From Octopus sinensis (taxonomy: Eukaryota), in contig NC_043008.1 of the NCBI RefSeq assembly GCF_006345805.1, positions 59,024,001 through 59,088,000 of the forward strand: a DNA stretch of 64,000 bases, given 5' to 3'. The notes below the pieces were generated by a model. The model was not told where the DNA came from and made no database searches. It saw only the letters and a program-made list of their open reading frames with translations. The position numbers were made by a program, and so were the translations under genes. Shown here piece after piece: positions 11,950 to 24,497 of this stretch; the first letter of the stretch is position 1, and every line of letters begins with the position of its first letter.

Positions 11950-13460
11950 ATGTTGCAGACGTTCACTTTCTTGAAATGCATCATCATATATTTTATGTTG
12001 CTCTCTAATTTCTCTTTTGCCTATCAGGCTTTCTCCTAAATTTCGTCTTTTTCATTTAGTAACATCTCAATTCAGAAAGCTTGTCTCTTTATTCTCCCTC
12101 CTTTGTTGAAGTTGTTCTTTTGATATATATTTCAGTGATATACAGAACTAGCAAATGTCATTCCTTGTGATAAAGATACGAGTTTGAATCGGATATTTAT
12201 TATATCCTCAGTCGTTCACTCTAACATATATGCTTCGTCCCTTATATTCGTACAGTAAACCAGCTTGTTTAGTTCCATTTTCTTTTCTGTTTGTATTCTT
12301 TAGAATTCATTTTTCATCCTTCACTTTTCTTCGATTTCGTCCAACGATACCTTTTCCTTTTTCATTCTATTTTCATTTTATATATTCTTCTCCTTTTCCA
12401 CTGTTTCTTCTGATAGAAATTGTCCCGTTTCAGCATATCTCTTTCTTTCTATCTGACCCCCACCTTTTTTTATCTATGCGTTTTTGTAACAAACTTCTGC
12501 GAAGAATTCTATTTTTATTATTTTCCTTCTCAGTACTTCTACTTGAAATTCACTAAGTCTATTCACACGAATTCATATGCATTTTCTTGCTTCCTTGTCC
12601 ATCTTATTGCAACAAAGGATATCTCTTGCACTGGTTTAATTGAGCTCTTTCCGCCATTACTTCACTTGAACTTTGTCGTTCTCTTCTTCTTCTGTTTCTT
12701 CGTTGTTTCCTTGCTCAGCGTCCTCTAGTTTGTTATTTCATGAAGCAATTGTCTGGAAAATTTAGCACATACATTTCTTTCATTCAGAATATAGCCCAAA
12801 TGTTTCAAACAGGACTCGGTATTCAAGATGTATATAAATTAGTTTTGATGATAACCAAACTCATGTTTGCAGAAAAAAAGAAGGAATAAAATCCTCAAGT
12901 TCGACTTTCTAAGATGCATAATACTCTTACTCTCTCACTCTCACACACACACTCTTTCTAACTATCGGTTGCTCCTCCCGCTTTATCTCATACAATCATC
13001 ACAAACTGACTCGCCTACAGTTGGATAATGTAAGCTAGTTTTCCATTTTAGCAACCTGAACAGTCGTACTCTGTCTGGTCCAGTACGTTGCTGATTCAAA
13101 CTTATACAACCAATCTGTGATCACAGCCAACGTAGGTATGTGCAGCGGAACATCTTCATATCATTAACCATTCTATTAATTTATAATATCTTCACAACTT
13201 ATGAATACCAAAGTTTCACTTATCGTGCTTTTCAGAATAACCTCTAAACATCTCCATCAAACGTGATTTAATTCCAAAAGATATTTTCAGCGAATCACAA
13301 TTTTTTTTGTCAAAGGAGTACATAGAAACAAATAAAGGGGGAAAATCACGTTCCAATAACACAAACCACTCTATGCTGCACAGGGATAAGGGTAAATCCG
13401 ATAACTCTAAAGGGATAGCTTTGATTTTCCAATCAAACATGAATTTGATGTTCCTGTCTC
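11950..13460 (-). mobile_element. Very old LINE ORF2 remnant (APE endonuclease plus linker), probably RTE-like
   Basis: Minus-strand VNDMKMFRC..YVGCDHRLVV resembles the APE C-terminal V.DV.V.RGAD.GSDH.LV motif; a K/E-rich linker follows; many stops. Confidence 0.4.
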
Positions 13461-13489
13461 ACCAACGATCACCAATGTATGTATAGAAG

Positions 13490-13529
13490 TATACATACAT
13501 TCAGACATACATACATGCACCCCCACCGC

Positions 13530-13571
<42 letters not shown>

Positions 13572-13640
13572 GTATATATATGTTCGCGTGTGTGTATGTA
13601 TATAAATATATTATATACGTTTCTAAATATATAAATGTAT

Positions 13641-13671
<31 letters not shown>

Positions 13672-13870
13672 GTATATATCTTTGTATATATATATGTATA
13701 TAAATATACATATATATAAATGTATGTATATATATGTGAGTTTGTGTGCAGGTGTGTATGTGTGTGCGTGTATGTATGTATGTATGTATGTATGTATGTA
13801 TGTATGTATGTATGTATGTATGTATATATGTATGTAGGTAGGTAGGTAGGTAGGTAGGTAGGTAGGTAGC
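13490..13870. repeat. Compound TA/TATG/TAGG microsatellite
   Basis: Direct tandem repeats. Confidence 0.95.
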
Positions 13871-14237
13871 TTGGTAAATATGGAAATAGGTAGATAGATA
13901 TATTTTGATAGATATACAGATATAGACGCACACATATGTGGATTTATACCTACATACACCTATCTGTTGTTGAAGCAGACAGTTTGCTTCATGTAATGTT
14001 AGGTATTCTCAAATTTACTATGTACGGCAGATAATATCATAAATAGCTGTTGCATACCAATTAATGCATATTTATATATCAGGGAGGAAAGGGAACAGAT
14101 TAGATAAGCGCGCATTACATAGGTTTCAAAGAAATTACCAAACCTTACTGATCGAGTGTCATCTATTTTTTGCTATCTATACAAACCAATTTTATGATTG
14201 AGACTAACAACCTGTCTCTCCCACAATCATTTTGGAT

Positions 14238-14291
14238 TTTCTTCTTCTTTTTCTTCTTCTTCTTCTTCTTCTTCTTCTTCTTCTTCTTCTT

Positions 14292-14365
<74 letters not shown>

Positions 14366-14370
14366 TACTA

Positions 14371-14414
<44 letters not shown>

Positions 14415-14436
14415 TATTATGTGTACATGTAAGTGA

Positions 14437-14504
<68 letters not shown>

Positions 14505-14604
14505 GTGTGTGTGTATACATACATACATATATTTATATATATATATAGATAGATAGATAGATACATACATACTCACACACACACACACACACACAACACA
14601 CACA

Positions 14605-14650
<46 letters not shown>
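14238..14650. repeat. (TTC)n-(TTA)n-(TA)n-(CA)n compound microsatellite
   Basis: Direct tandem repeats. Confidence 0.95.
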
Positions 14651-14652
<2 letters not shown>

Positions 14653-15399
14653 CCTGCACCAGGGATATATTTTATTGATAATAGCCATATAATTGCATTT
14701 CGGAAAAGCAAACAATATACATTTTAATACTAATCAATCAGTTCCGATTGGCTCCCCTTCATTACTCTTTGTCTGTCTGTCTGTCTATCTGCCTGTCTGT
14801 CTGTCTATCTGCCTGTCTGTCTGTCTCTCTCTCTCTCTGTCTCTCACACACACACATGCACACACATACACGCTCCTATAAAATTCATACAGATATACAT
14901 GCAAACATACATACATACATAATACATACATATATGCAGCGATGCTTAGGTGTGTGCGAAAGAAACAGGGAAACATGGATTGGCAGAGAGAGAGAGAGAC
15001 AAAAGAGGAAGCAAATAGTGAGAGTGTGTTACTATGTGTGGTAGTTGTATATCTTTTGTATATCGGATGGCAGTTTCATATCACCTAATTAAACTCAAGT
15101 GTGATATCGACTTCTTCAATAAACTGATGAACGATTTCTTTTTATACGTATAATGGTAAAAATTTGCACAAATTAATCATTATTTCAGCTAAGGAGTTAT
15201 TGACTTTAATCGAAAATCAGACGTTTTAATTTCCTTTTAACGTTCATCCGTTATTTTATTTTCTTCTCTTTTCTTTTTTTTTCTATTCTATTCTTTTAGA
15301 ATCAATTTAATTATTAAATGGAAAATAACATTATCGGTTCCAATCAACTTTCTGTTTTAAACGCATAAAATATACTTTGTGTATATATGTATATATATA

Positions 15400-15465
<66 letters not shown>

Positions 15466-15484
15466 GTGTGTGTGTATGTATAAG

Positions 15485-15520
<36 letters not shown>

Positions 15521-15966
15521 TGTGTATGTACATATAGATAGATAGATAGATAGATGGATCATGGCATTAAAATCTTAGCAGTCAGGTATTTCATGACTAA
15601 ATTTTCTTTGACTTACTAAACAATGAAAATGTCATATGTAATTATTTGGAAGATTGCATCATAAGAATAAAAGTATTTCCTTATATTAAAATATCATTAA
15701 ATATATTTCAGCCTGTGTTTTGTGGGGTTCATAATAACTACGTACAAATTTTCCGCTGTCTTTTCATTTTGTTCTTAGAAATAAAGAGCTTATCTCTTGT
15801 GCTTTATGATGCAATATTATTGTATAACTGTATCGACCAGAGTGTGGGATGTTGTTACACATCCCTGGTTACAATGCTCTTCCATTTTTTTTCGATAGCT
15901 CCTTTCTTTTCTACTTTGATCAAAATCTTAAAAGTAAATGATCTTCCTCCCTCCGTGGTGGCACTC

Positions 15967-16210
15967 TGTGTGGAGGCACATGGCCTAGTAGTTAGAGCAG
16001 CGGACTCGCGATCGAGGGATCGTGGGTTCGAATCTCAGACCGGGCGATGTGTGTGTTTATGAGCGAAACACCTAAGCTCCACGCGGCTCCGGCAGAAGGT
16101 AATGTCGAACTTCTGCTGACTCTTTCGTCCCGTCCAGGTGGGGAACCTATACGCCAAGGAAACCGGGAAACCGGCCCTTATGAGCCAGACATGGCTCGAG
16201 AAGGAACAAA
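15967..16210 (+). mobile_element. SINE family B (tRNA head), V-core-type tail, internally deleted
   Basis: Head GTGGAGGCACATGGCCTAGTAGTTAG...GGTTCGAATCTC; tail GAAACCGGGAAACCGGCCCTTATGAG. Confidence 0.8.
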
Positions 16211-16214
16211 CACT

Positions 16215-16390
16215 CTGAGTGGTCTTTTTCGATCTCATATATACTACTCGGAAATTGGAAATGTCCACTCGTTGACTCTGACCTTCGAAACATGCTGGGC
16301 CCATCGGAATTTGTTCTTTCAGTATTCTGCGACCACATCGTTCGCACCGCTCCGTTCTCGTATTACTTCCTATCGAATATGCAGTGGCAA
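16215..16390 (-). mobile_element. RTE LINE 3' fragment
   Basis: Minus strand EVIRERSGANDVVAEY*KNKFRWAQHV...DRKRP, homologous to the element at 1-446. Confidence 0.65.
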
Positions 16391-16399
16391 TGACAATGC

Positions 16400-17200
16400 A
16401 ACTCTACATGCCAGTCTATGTCGGACACCTTCGTTCCTTTCTCTCATATGAGTGTTAGAATTGTTTTCCGGGTCTTTGTAAGCCTCTGAATACCAGTAAT
16501 TAAGATAATAGTAATTTTTGTCAGATGTAGGAATAGAGTCAAATGCCTTCCTTTACCCAAGCTATACTCTAGCAAGGCTCCTACCAGATTTTCAACTCAT
16601 TCAATGCAGCTTTGTTTATCAAAAGTTATTCGGCACACCCCCACGCTCTTTCTTTCCACTGTCCTGCTTAACAGTCACCATGTTGTTGGACTTACAATGA
16701 GCCTGGAGAAATTGGTTGAAGCAGCTTGTGCACAGTTTGTACATAATGTTTAGGCAAGCAATGGACCTGTAGCTTTCTTTCAATCAGTGTTTTTATTCTT
16801 GGCTACACGATTTGTCCGTGCTTCAGCAAACCAATCTGGTGTTTCAATCTGAGCTTCCATATTGCTTTTGAATATACACATTGTTTTTCCCTATAAAATG
16901 TCAGCTTCCTGTACCAGTATCCAACTACTAGGTACTCTGCACATCCTTTCCCTGTTATGCAGTTTGCCTACAGTCATAGTGAAAATTTTCCGGTTTAATT
17001 GCATGTTTTACCGACGATGTTTGTAGAGTATTCTCCCCTTTCTGCATTTATCCACAATACATTAAGATCGAAATCCCTCTTTTTTGTTCCACATTTTAAA
17101 CCAGAATGATTCAAGGTCTTCTTGAGCGCGGGGGATTTCCTAACGGTAATATTTTCCCTTTCTTATCTCTCATATAATGTCTGTAGATTACAAGCAAATT
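16400..17200 (-). mobile_element. R4/Dong-clade non-LTR retrotransposon, RT N-terminal fragment
   Basis: EDLESFWFKMW, PDWFAEART, SYRSIACLNIMYKLCTS, LINKAALNEL and RKAFDSIP in order on the minus strand. Confidence 0.75.
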
Positions 17201-17439
17201 TAACCTGTGATTTATACGGGATCGTTCAGAAATTCGTCTGCGGTGGCAAAGATATTTCGCTCAGCGCCCTGAATTGTAAAGTAATTAACGTTCCCTCAAG
17301 AGCTTGGTGTGAACATTCACCATAGAATTTTGTTAATTTATTCATGAAATGTAATTAATGAGGCAAGAAATCATTATTCTTCTTATATTTTATTATCATG
17401 GTTAACCATGTAACATGGCGGAGTAGATTACTATTATAC

Positions 17440-17612
17440 TTGTTTCAGTCATTCGAGCAAATCGACCCCTGGACTTATTCTTTGTAAGCCTAGTACTTAT
17501 TCTATCGGTCTCTTTCCCAAACCGCTATGTTACGTTGACATAAACACACCAGCATCGGTTGTCAAGCGACGTTGTGGGACAAACACAGACACACAAACAT
17601 ATACACACACAC

Positions 17613-17625
<13 letters not shown>
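17440..17625 (-). mobile_element. SINE family A, 3' half
   Basis: Homology to 2365-2560. Confidence 0.8.
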
Positions 17626-17650
<25 letters not shown>

Positions 17651-18500
17651 GTATACATATTTTTTTTTCTTTTTCTTCTTTTTCCCTTCTTTCCCTATTT
17701 CTTTCTCTTTTCTCTTTTTCTTTTTCTTCTTCTTATTCTCTGTTTCCTTTTCTCTCTTCTTTTTAGTCCCCCTCTCTCCCCCCCCCTTTTTGCTCCCTCC
17801 TCCATTATTTTCTCTCTTTTCTTTTATCCCTTCTCTATTCTTGGCCGATCTAGTAAGCCCTTCAGCCTTTAAGAGTTAAATAGCTACAGCCTCTTGTGAA
17901 TAGCAGTAATGTGATTAATATGGCAAATACCTAATCATATAACAGGATTGATACCTACCTCATTGTGTTCAACCATTGTAAAATTTATCGCCTGTGAATA
18001 TGAAATTCATTTCCATTTCTCTGGAAATTTACATCTACACCATTGGAATCTGTGCATATATACAAAGGATTAATTCACCCTCTCTGTAATGCTAATAAGC
18101 AGGATTGAGACCCACCTCGTTGTAATTAACAATGGATAAATTTGTCTTCTGTGAGTATATAATCCCTCATCATATCTATGGAAATTCATATGGATTAGGT
18201 CACCTTCTCTGTGATGCTATCAAAACTTTTTTAAAATTCTGTGATAAGACTGTACATCATCTTTAAAGAACTTTAATGAACTTTAGAAATCTGTTTAATT
18301 ATCTACATTACTTCATGAGTATAGCCTCAAACACTAGGATGTCTAGAGAACTTACATGTATTTTAGCTGATGAGTACGGGACTCGTTTATATGCTGTAAT
18401 CTTTGCAACTTTTAATAAAACCTGTCCTTGTATGAAACGATCGTACTAAAAACCTATCCATTCTTGTTGCTTCTTTCTCGCATATATACATATATATATA

Positions 18501-18535
<35 letters not shown>

Positions 18536-18540
<5 letters not shown>

Positions 18541-18698
18541 GACGGGCTTCTTTCAGTTTCCGTCTACAAAATCCACTCACAAGGCTTTGGTCGGCCCGAG
18601 GCTTTAGTAGCAGACACTTACCCAAGGTGTCACGCAGTGGGACTGAACCCGGAACCATGTGGTTGGTAAGCAAGCTACTTAACACACGGCCACTCCTG
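18536..18698 (-). mobile_element. SINE family A, 5' half
   Basis: Homology to 2585-2743. Confidence 0.85.
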
Positions 18699-19068
18699 TG
18701 CCTAAGTTTTGCTTTCTGTCTATGCAACATCCATTAGTAGTTTCGTTACTATGTATAATGTATATTTATCCTAAGTATTCTTTAAGAGTGAGTGCAGCTG
18801 CGCTTTATGGCGGTATTAATATTCCAGTAATAAACATCACATGATTCTATCGCTTTCCAGCGACAAAGTCGATAACTTCCAACGTAAGAGTTGTTTTATA
18901 ATTTCGTAAAGGTAAAATATTTTTCTACGGACACAGGTTTCAAGATGTTTCTTAGTTGAATATACACCACGGTTGTCACTGTCCACTCATTTATATTTGG
19001 AGAGAAACGAGAATTTAGTGATGGCGGCAGCGGTTTGTTTACATTATTTTCAATCTCTCCTGGCAGTT

Positions 19069-19680
19069 GTATGTATGTATGTATGTATGTATGTATGTAT
19101 GTATGTATGTATGTATGTATGTATGTATGTATGTATGTATGTATGTATGTATGTATGTATGTATGTATGTATGTATGTATGCATGTATGTATTATGTATG
19201 TATGTATGTATGTATGTATATATATATGTATGCATGTATGTATATATGTATGTATGTATATATATGTATGTATGTATGTAAGTATGTATGTATATATGTA
19301 TGTATGTATGTATGTATGCATGTATGTATATATGTATGTATGTAGATATGTATGTACGTACGTACGTACGTATGTATGTATTTATGTACGTACGTACGTA
19401 CGTACGTATGTATGTATGTATGTATGTATGTATGTATGCATGTATGTATGTATGTATGTATGTATGTATGTATGTATGATGTATGTATGTATATATGTAT
19501 CTATGTATGTATGTATTACGTATGTACGTACGTATGTATGTATGTATGTGTGTATGTAATACAGGTGTATATGTGTATGTAGTATATAAGCATCGGTGCG
19601 TATATGTATGTGTGTGCATGCGTGTGTGTGCATGTGTGTTTGTATGTATATGTATGTATCAAAAATTTTTAAATAGTAAT
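19069..19680. repeat. Long (TATG)n microsatellite with TACG variants, grading into TG repeats
   Basis: Direct tandem repeat. Confidence 0.97.
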
Positions 19681-20104
19681 TGTTAAGTCATGTTTATGTG
19701 TATTGTATATGTGTATGCGTTCGTGCGTGTGTGTTTGCTTCTGCGTGTGCGTGCGTGTGTGTGTGTGACTGTATGTAGGGGGGTGCATACATATCTATAT
19801 ATAAGCCAGTGAACTACCAGAGTTGATAACGGCATATGTTCTAGTGCTTTGCGTCCTGAGTTCAAATGCCGCCTTAGACATCTTTTCCTTCCACGGTAGT
19901 ACATAGGTAAGTATCCGTGCCTGTCACACGAGGATCAGGAGTTCGATGCCCACTGGTGAGGATGTTCATTTATAGAAATCCGTGTAGAAAGCCAGTTTCT
20001 AAAATCATATGGTCTTCGATTCAGTCCCATTGCGCTGTAGCCAGTGGTAGAAGATGAAATAAGCTCTTTACACACACACACACACACACATATATATATG
20101 TGTG

Positions 20105-20138
<34 letters not shown>

Positions 20139-20619
20139 TGTATGTATGTATGTATGTATGTATGTATGTATTCATGCTTTTCAACTGTTGTTAGCTTGTT
20201 TACGTCCCCTTAACTTCGAAGGGCGGCAAAATAGACCGATTACATAAGTACCAGGCTTAGCAAAAAATAATACTGGATTCGAGTCATTCAACTAAAACTT
20301 CTCAAAGGCGGTGCCCCATCATGGCCGCAATCTCATGACTGAAAGAAATAAATGATGAGAAAAACGATGACACCTAATCACCGTACCACCATTTTTATTT
20401 TTACCCGAGACGATACAACTGTTTTGTATAAGATTTCCTTTCTTCAAGGAAGCTTTAGCACATTACTATAACCCCATAGTACGCCAATGATTCTATGAAA
20501 TCCGCACATGAACTTAACAAAGCTTCCTGTAATTTGTCATCGGTAACTTGAAGTCGTATCTATACAGAAGAATGATTATCATCCTCTCCTGCTTCCAATT
20601 TGATATTAGCTGGTTTGAA

Positions 20620-21008
20620 GTGGAGGCGCAATGGCCCAGTGGTTAGGGCAGCGGACTCGCGGTCATAGGATCGCGGTTTCGATTCCCAGACCGGGCGTTG
20701 TGAGTGTTTATTGAGCGAAAACACCTAAAAGCTCCACGAGGCTCCGGCAGGGGGTGGTGGTGAACCCTGCTGTACTCTTTCACCACAACTTTCTCTCACT
20801 CTCACTCTTACTTCCTGTTTCTGTTGTGCCTGTATATCAAAGGGCCGGCCTTGTCACTCTCTGTGTCACGCTGAATATCCCCGAGAACTGCGTTAAGGGT
20901 ACACGTGTCTGTGGAGTGCTCAGCCACTTACACGTTAATTTCATGAGCAGGCTGTTCGTTGATCGGATCAACCGGAACCCTCGTCGTCGTAACCGACGGA
21001 GTGCTTCC
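20620..21008 (+). mobile_element. SINE family B, full length (tail type 1), with 12-bp TSD
   Basis: A box TGGCCCAGTGG, B box GGTTTCGATTCC; TSD AGCTGGTTTGAA at 20608-20619 and 21009-21020. Confidence 0.93.
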
Positions 21009-21034
21009 AGCTGGTTTGAATACGTCATTTAACA

Positions 21035-21200
21035 TTGTAGCAAAGATTGTTTGCCAACATAACATGGCAGTCCTGGTTTAGGACGAATGTTGCTGTAATG
21101 TAGCCCCAGGAGATATCGTCTCCAGCTGGGGCTACATTACAACAACATTCGTCCTAAACTAGGACTGCCATGTTATATTAACAAACAATCTTTACTACAA
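21035..21200. repeat. Fold-back palindrome, ~75-bp arms
   Basis: TTGTAGCAAAGATTGTTTG...GTAGCCCCAG, a 16-nt centre, then CTGGGGCTAC...CAAACAATCTTTACTACAA. Confidence 0.92.
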
Positions 21201-21405
21201 AGTACTGTTGCAGAATTTTTCACTTCGTGAAATTTAAAAATATTAATATTCTAAGTTATTTAACATGTTCCAATTTCAAGAACGCTAGACATCAATTAAT
21301 GGTAAATTGTAGCATAATTATATGCAAATCAATTTTTACCTTTCGAGATTTCACTAGTTTTATGATATCTCTATACCAATATTCTTTGTCGCTAAGACTG
21401 GCTAT

Positions 21406-21722
21406 GTGGAGGCGCAATGGTCCAGTGGTTAAGGCAGCGAACTCGCAGTCGGAGGGTTGCGGTTTCGATTCCCAGACGTTGTGTGTGTTTATTGAACGAA
21501 AGCACCTAAAGCTCCACGAGGCTCTTGCAGGAGGTGGTGGCGACCCCTACTGTACTCTTTCGCCCCAATTTTCTCTCACTCTTTCTTCCTGTTTCTTGGG
21601 TAGCGCTGCGATGGACTGGCGTCTCGTCCAGCTGTGGGGAACACATACGTCACAGATACCGGGAAACCGGGCCCATAAGCTTGGCTATGCTTGAAAAGGG
21701 TGCATAAATAAAAAAAAATAAA
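21406..21722 (+). mobile_element. SINE family B with V-core-like body (tail type 2)
   Basis: Same head as 20620; body GCTGCGATGGACTGGCGTCTCGTCCAG resembles the V-SINE core; A-rich tail. Confidence 0.85.
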
Positions 21723-21769
21723 AAAGACTGTCTATGTGTTATGACCATGAAACCTGATGTTTCATCCAT

Positions 21770-23110
21770 ATTTATACCACTGAACCAAGCAGTGTTCGCT
21801 GTCTGATTACCACCACCAAGTTTTGGAATATAAAAATCAACTTCTACAAATATATTTTAAAAAAGGAAAACTAGGACAAAAAGATCTAGCTGAAAATTCA
21901 TAAAGAAGATATAACTAAACAAAATTACTTCAGAAAAGGACTCTCCAAATGTTATCGTGTTCCAAATCCGAAATAAAACTCCAGTTTTTTCAACCCTTTG
22001 AAGCAGAAACCGAGCATAAATACAACGGATTTGTCAACAAGTTATTGATAATCAAATGCAAGAGAATATTAACACAAATCCAATATAAAATTATATAAAA
22101 TTTTATTTGATAGCACAACGGTTCAAAAATTCAGCAAAATAACACGAGGGTACACACAGATCCAACATAAACCAACATAATCAACATCCGACGGCAACAA
22201 CAACTGCATCTGTTAATATCACAAAAATACGAAGGAAAAAAGGTCTTTAATCTACCACCGCTTGTTAATTCCGTATGCCTTTACTTTCTACATATCTAAA
22301 TACTTGGCGAAGTAAGAGTTTATCTAACGGTGAAAGACCAAATGTTTTTCTTTGTATTTTAGTGATGTAAACATATGCAGTTGTAGTCACCGCCTGTGAA
22401 ACGCTTACATCACAATTCGCTCATGTTGGTTTATGCTGGAAAAGGTTTTTTTGCACTCTCATGTTATTTTTTAAGAATCTTGGAGGAGCCATTGTTGTGC
22501 TATACAAATTGTATATAGATCAGCGTTAATGTTCTTTTATATTTGACTAGCAGTATCACCCGTCGTTGCTCGGGTTTGTAAGGGAAATAACTATATAAGC
22601 ATTTTTAGAGATGTAAAGTATAATAGCCATCTCAATATGGCTAACCACAAAGGGGGGTGGGTGTTACTGTAGCTTTTTACGTTCTGAGATTTAATAATAC
22701 ATTTTTAGAGAGTTACTTCCCTTATATAATAGCAAAAAAACGCATTAAAAATGGGAAAAAATGATGGTAAATTTTTTTTTTAAATCGTAGACTCATCGTA
22801 GACGCGCGCTAATACCCACTTATATATATAAAGATGAGTTACAACTGGTTGATATGATCCGTTCTTTTTATGCTCAGTTCCTGTACTATCGCGTTCACGG
22901 GTTGCAAAATGGAGTTTTTATATCGTTCTTGGAGCATTTTGATGAGTCTTTTTTATATTTTTTTTAAAGTACATTGGTTTATTTATTCTTTATGAGTTTT
23001 CTGCCAGATGTTTTTGTCTTAAGTGTTTTCGAGTGTATTTGTAAAAGTGTATTTTTTAAAATCCCAAAAGTTGGTGGTGATGATCAGACGATGAAGACAG
23101 CATTATTTTA
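21770..23110. repeat. Old, long inverted repeat (arms about 21770-22250 and 22330-23110)
   Basis: Collinear reverse-complement similarity along ~480 bp, e.g. CAACTGCATCTGTTAATATCACAAAAATACG vs CAACTGCATATGTTTACATCACTAAAATACA; right arm interrupted by a Helitron. Confidence 0.7.
22547..22834 (-). mobile_element. Non-autonomous Helitron, 288 bp, same family as 3352-3728
   Basis: Minus strand A|TCTTTATATAT ... CCCGAGCAACGACGGGTGATACTGCTAG|T. Confidence 0.9.
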
Positions 23111-23149
23111 ATCCTGTTATTAGGGCCCAGAGTTTCTCAAGCTGCATCC

Positions 23150-23520
23150 TCTATGCCTGGGTGGACATGAAACGAGATCACTGGGCGACAAACGTGAAGA
23201 TGGATCACTGATATTAAGGACTTAATGAAGTGGGTTGTGGCGAAGTATACGATAGCAGCACAAGACAAGAGCACGTAGCGAAGCATGGCTGTTGAGTCTG
23301 AGGCCTACGATTCTCAGTCATTCACGAATTCTTTCATTTCACCAACCTAAACCTAGGGTGGTAGACCCTGAGCTTCCGACCACCTTCGTTGCAAATTACT
23401 CTTTGATCGTAAAGAAGTTCAAATATTTTGGCACTACGATTTCTGTATACAATAGCATAGAGAAAGAGAGGGATTAACATATTCAATCTGCTGCGCTCAT
23501 TAGGATTAACAGAAGATATA
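23150..23520 (+). mobile_element. Two degenerate RTE-like LINE fragments
   Basis: GRQT*RWITDIKD (3' end) and IVKKFKYFGTTIS..NSIEKE (FKYLGS motif). Confidence 0.5.
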
Positions 23521-24214
23521 ACAGGGCATAAAACTGTCAAAACAATGTGAAGTGCATGGAATAGTCGTGTTATTCTGGGTGTTGTATTCTGCTAAAGCCG
23601 AGATGACTTTATCGACGATGCATTAAAACTGATTAATTGATAATTATAACATTTACGATTTATAGTGAAGAAATCATTACGATACTACGCCTCCAACCGC
23701 GTTCATTTCCAGTGTATAAATATGCTTAGTGTTGTGTCTATCCCACCGGAATCACAGCTGTCCCAGGGAAGACCTGTGATTCGTATGAAGACAGCCATTC
23801 TCACGGCTGTGTTTCTTTATTAAGCTTGAAGTGGAAGCCTTCGAAGAGGCTCTGAAATTTTGTTGTATGTCATTATACGACATTCATATGAAGCGCGTGA
23901 TCTGATTTCGACTGCATTAGAAAAGATAGTAACTAGACAGAAATGATAACGACAAGCTACAAAATGGGAAAAGGGAAGAAAATTTGTGGGATGAACTGAA
24001 CAAAACAATGAAAATGAATGAGAGAAGAGACTAGAGTTTACTCATGTGCGTCGCATCTCCTGATATTTATGCACTATCAGCGGAAATGCTTGTATTTCTT
24101 CTCGTTGAATGTTGCTTTGGTTGCCGTTGCTGTTTGTTTGTTGAGCGAAGCTGTCTTCGTCCTGGGAGAAGTCCGGAACGTGGTCCTTTGCTATTCGTAA
24201 GACCCACAGAAGAG

Positions 24215-24497
24215 AAAGCCGGTCAACCCCCCGACACCGAGAGCATCGACGGATGGATGAATGCACATCCAGGCTCAGCGGTTGCGTAGGAAGTCGGGGA
24301 CAAGAAACAGGAAGAAAGAGTGAGAGAAAGTTGGGGTGAAAGAGTACAACAGTAGTCGCCACCACCCCTGCCGGAGCCTCGTGGAACTTTAGGTGTTTTC
24401 GCTCAATAAACACACACAACGCCCGGTCTGGGAATCGAAACCGCGATCCTCCGACCGCGAGTCCGCTGCCCTAACCACTGGGCCATTGCGCCTCCAC
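24215..24497 (-). mobile_element. SINE family B (tail type 1), internally deleted
   Basis: Reverse-complement match to the 20620 head and tail. Confidence 0.82.

Noticed and set aside
13410-13470. [15 protein letters not shown] resembling a Rho-type P-loop
   Set aside because: No GK(T/S) and the frame closes at once; it lies in a decayed LINE region
19015-19070. GATGGCGGC (YY1-like) followed by ATG GCG GCA GCG as a start exon
   Set aside because: The frame runs into (TATG)n; the only donor is supplied by the microsatellite
21740-21830. Exon-like peptide VDFYIPKLGGGNQTANTAWFSG
   Set aside because: It lies in the arm of the old inverted repeat; the mirrored copy at about 23055-23110 has an in-frame stop
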